Shown in pieces: positions 61,794 through 64,000 of a stretch of 64,000 nucleotides of DNA; the first letter of the stretch is position 1, and each line of letters begins with the position of its first letter. The DNA is from Gammaproteobacteria bacterium. GTDB lineage: Bacteria; Pseudomonadota; Gammaproteobacteria; SZUA-140. The stretch is taken from contig JAKISP010000002.1 in NCBI GenBank assembly GCA_021648525.1, forward strand, positions 43,367 to 107,366, given 5' to 3'. The notes under the pieces are model-generated. The model had not been told where the DNA came from. It made no database searches and saw only the letters and a program-made list of their open reading frames with translations. The position numbers and the translations under genes were made by a program.

Positions 61794-64000
61794 ATGAGTT
61801 TTACTTTCTACCTCCCACGCAGTCTCTCGAGTGGTGACAAGACATACACTGAAGCCGCGCTGCTAGCCGCTTCGAGTTACATTGTTGTCTTGGCCGAACC
61901 CGGCGGTGGGAAAACTGAGCTTATGGGGAGTCTTGCTCAGCAGCTGGGTGTTTCTAGAGTCACTGCAAACGTGTTCGCGCATATGGGGGCCAACGTAGAG
62001 AATTGCCCACTTGTAATTGATGCATTTGATGAATTGGCCAAGGTTGATCAGACCGGCATTCACAGACTTCTCACTAACGCCGCGAATGCAAACCCGACAC
62101 ACATCATCATTTCAAGCCGATCCAGTGAATGGGGCGACGCTGCTACAAACACTTTCGAAGAATTTCTCGGCCACCCACCTCTGGTGGCCAGACTGTACGA
62201 GTTTGATGAGACGGAACAGCGGGAAATCTTTGATCATCATGTGCAGGGAGAGGACTTCGCAGCGTTCCAGGCCGAAGTCGGTCGATTTGATTTAGAAACG
62301 TTACTCCCAAACCCTCAGTTTCTGAAACTATTTGCTGACGCTTATATCGAGAGCGGAAGACACTTTAGTGACAAACGATCAATCTTTACACAAGCGGTTG
62401 AACGTTTGGCGAAAGAAGCAAACCCCAAAGTTGCTAGAAGTAATCAGACACTGTCGACTACTCAAAAAATTGAACTCGCGTCGGAGGCCTTTGCAAAACT
62501 CTTGTTGTCCGGTGCTGAAGGCATTTGCACCAGCGAGGCCACCGAAAATCGGATGTATCCGTTACTGGCGTCACTGTTTAACGGCGAGACAGCGGCTAAC
62601 GGTATCCTGGCAACTCGGCTTTTCAAACCAGGCGACAGTGCAGACCAGCACCGCCCAGTTCACAAAATTGTTGCTGAATACTGTGCAGCGGACTATTTCA
62701 CCAAGCGGATAGCAGACCATGCGGACTCTCTAACGCTACCCAAGTGTCTACCTATCATCGCGCCAAACGCCACAGTGCGAGATGAACTGCGCGGTCTGCT
62801 GGGCTGGATGGCTGCGCTAGGCAACAAACCTATCGAGGAAGCTGCAATAAGACTCGACCCTTACGCAGTACTTTCTAACGGCGATCCTTCCCAGCTTGAA
62901 CCTTCGTCAAAGCGCCTGCTGGTAAACCAGCTGAAAGAAATTGAGGCCAAAGACCCCTACTTTCGAAGAGGGGATTTCTGGCGTAGGTTCAGTGTTGCAG
63001 GCTTCTTTACGCAAGACGTGGTGGATGAAATAAAACCCCTTCTCGCGACCGGCGGTGATGGGCACTTGCGCGACCTGATCCTTGAGCTCTTAGCAGGGTC
63101 ATCAGCAATCGAGCAGTTGAGGGATGAGTTGCGCCAACTCGCTTTTATGCCGGAAGAAAGCGAGCACACTCGCATGTTGGCGAATAGGTATTTGGTCGAT
63201 ATCGCCAGCGATGACTATCGCCTTGATTTGGGCGTTCTTATTTTTGAGGCCAGTAATACTTCACTCAACATTGCGGCTGAGGCTATCGAAGCGCTAGGCC
63301 CGAAAACATTCGAACGGGCTTATCTTGCGGGTTTTTTCCGGGTCTGTGCAAACCTCTACCCCGGCCATAAAGAGCATCACGGGCACGCTATAGGTGAGTG
63401 CTATTTCGTGAAGCGCTTCATCGATGGGATAGATCTAGTGATTATTGAGTGGCTTTTGGATGAATTAACCAAAGACCTTACCTGTAAATGCGGAATGAAG
63501 TCTTATGAGTGTGACTGCAGAAACGGCATAAGCAAAATCGTTGGTGCAATGTTGGATCGGTACTTCGAATTGGCAGCGCCTCCTTATGATGTCGAGCGCG
63601 CTTGGCAGTGGCTTGAAAATCTGAACTTCCATGAACAAGAAGGCGCAAACCAAAGCAAGGCGGTTAAAGTGCTTCAAGAAGATAATAGTCTACGGCAAGG
63701 CATTATCGCTCATGTGTTTGGGAAACTAACTGATCGTGACCAGATTTTCGAGACCAAGTTACATAAGTTCGACATGCACTCTCACTCTGGCCTTAATTTT
63801 TGTATAGGTGATTACAAGTTCGTAGTCGATCTGGCATTTGAGATCGACAACCCAAGCTTATGGGCAAGTTTCATCGCAGAACATCAGCGCTACGGGAATA
63901 AGGAGAGCCGGTGCCCAAATAGTTTACGTCATCACATGCGTAAGCAAGCATTGGAGAAATCTTCGTTCATGAGAAAATGGGCTAAGGCTGTTAGAGCGGC
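61794..64000 (+). CDS. Large STAND/NACHT-type P-loop NTPase (NLR/Avs-like); 3' end outside window
   Basis: Manual translation: Walker A LAEPGGGKT, Walker B LVIDAFDE, IISSR, NPQFLKL, HKIVAEY, LRGLLGW, DPYAVLSNGD; frame appears open to the window end (735 or more codons). Confidence 0.85.
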   Translation, partial: MSFTFYLPRSLSSGDKTYTEAALLAASSYIVVLAEPGGGKTELMGSLAQQLGVSRVTANVFAHMGANVENCPLVIDAFDELAKVDQTGIHRLLTNAANANPTHIIISSRSSEWGDAATNTFEEFLGHPPLVARLYEFDETEQREIFDHHVQGEDFAAFQAEVGRFDLETLLPNPQFLKLFADAYIESGRHFSDKRSIFTQAVERLAKEANPKVARSNQTLSTTQKIELASEAFAKLLLSGAEGICTSEATENRMYPLLASLFNGETAANGILATRLFKPGDSADQHRPVHKIVAEYCAADYFTKRIADHADSLTLPKCLPIIAPNATVRDELRGLLGWMAALGNKPIEEAAIRLDPYAVLSNGDPSQLEPSSKRLLVNQLKEIEAKDPYFRRGDFWRRFSVAGFFTQDVVDEIKPLLATGGDGHLRDLILELLAGSSAIEQLRDELRQLAFMPEESEHTRMLANRYLVDIASDDYRLDLGVLIFEASNTSLNIAAEAIEALGPKTFERAYLAGFFRVCANLYPGHKEHHGHAIGECYFVKRFIDGIDLVIIEWLLDELTKDLTCKCGMKSYECDCRNGISKIVGAMLDRYFELAAPPYDVERAWQWLENLNFHEQEGANQSKAVKVLQEDNSLRQGIIAHVFGKLTDRDQIFETKLHKFDMHSHSGLNFCIGDYKFVVDLAFEIDNPSLWASFIAEHQRYGNKESRCPNSLRHHMRKQALEKSSFMRKWAKAVRA

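Overview
Chromosomal window from a gammaproteobacterium, judged by gene content and order. Positions 1-19,200 and 35,500-47,700 are mostly core genes: murU, gpsA-secB-rhodanese, gpmI-envC-ctpA-yibQ, dapF-DUF484-xerC-hslVU-DUF971-ubiEJB, miaB-phoH-ybeY-corC-lnt, mazG, an HU-like gene and slt. Positions 19-35 kb are rich in signalling genes: a PAS-GGDEF protein, cytochrome c peroxidase, a 7-gene MglA/Roadblock small-GTPase operon containing a stand-alone Aer-type PAS protein and a PhnD-like protein with no signal peptide, a convergent adenylate cyclase plus TPR lipoprotein, a GAF gene with a decayed paralog, and moeB. The right end (54.8-64 kb) is a mobile hotspot. It holds an internally deleted argE, two inverted MITE copies bracketing an NYN-cold-shock-domain nuclease and a 31-aa membrane peptide, vapBC, and a tRNA-Phe 3' fragment that looks like an att site. 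The island beyond it carries a frameshifted putative RNase gene facing a promoter-to-terminator structured RNA, a DUF1611 plus PLP-racemase cassette with a structured leader and palindromic flanks, and a large STAND/NACHT ATPase running off the end. The best candidates for undescribed systems are the putative RNase plus convergent ncRNA pair, the GTPase/Roadblock/PAS/SBP operon and the DUF1611 leader RNA. All calls come from motif recognition by eye; no database searches were run.
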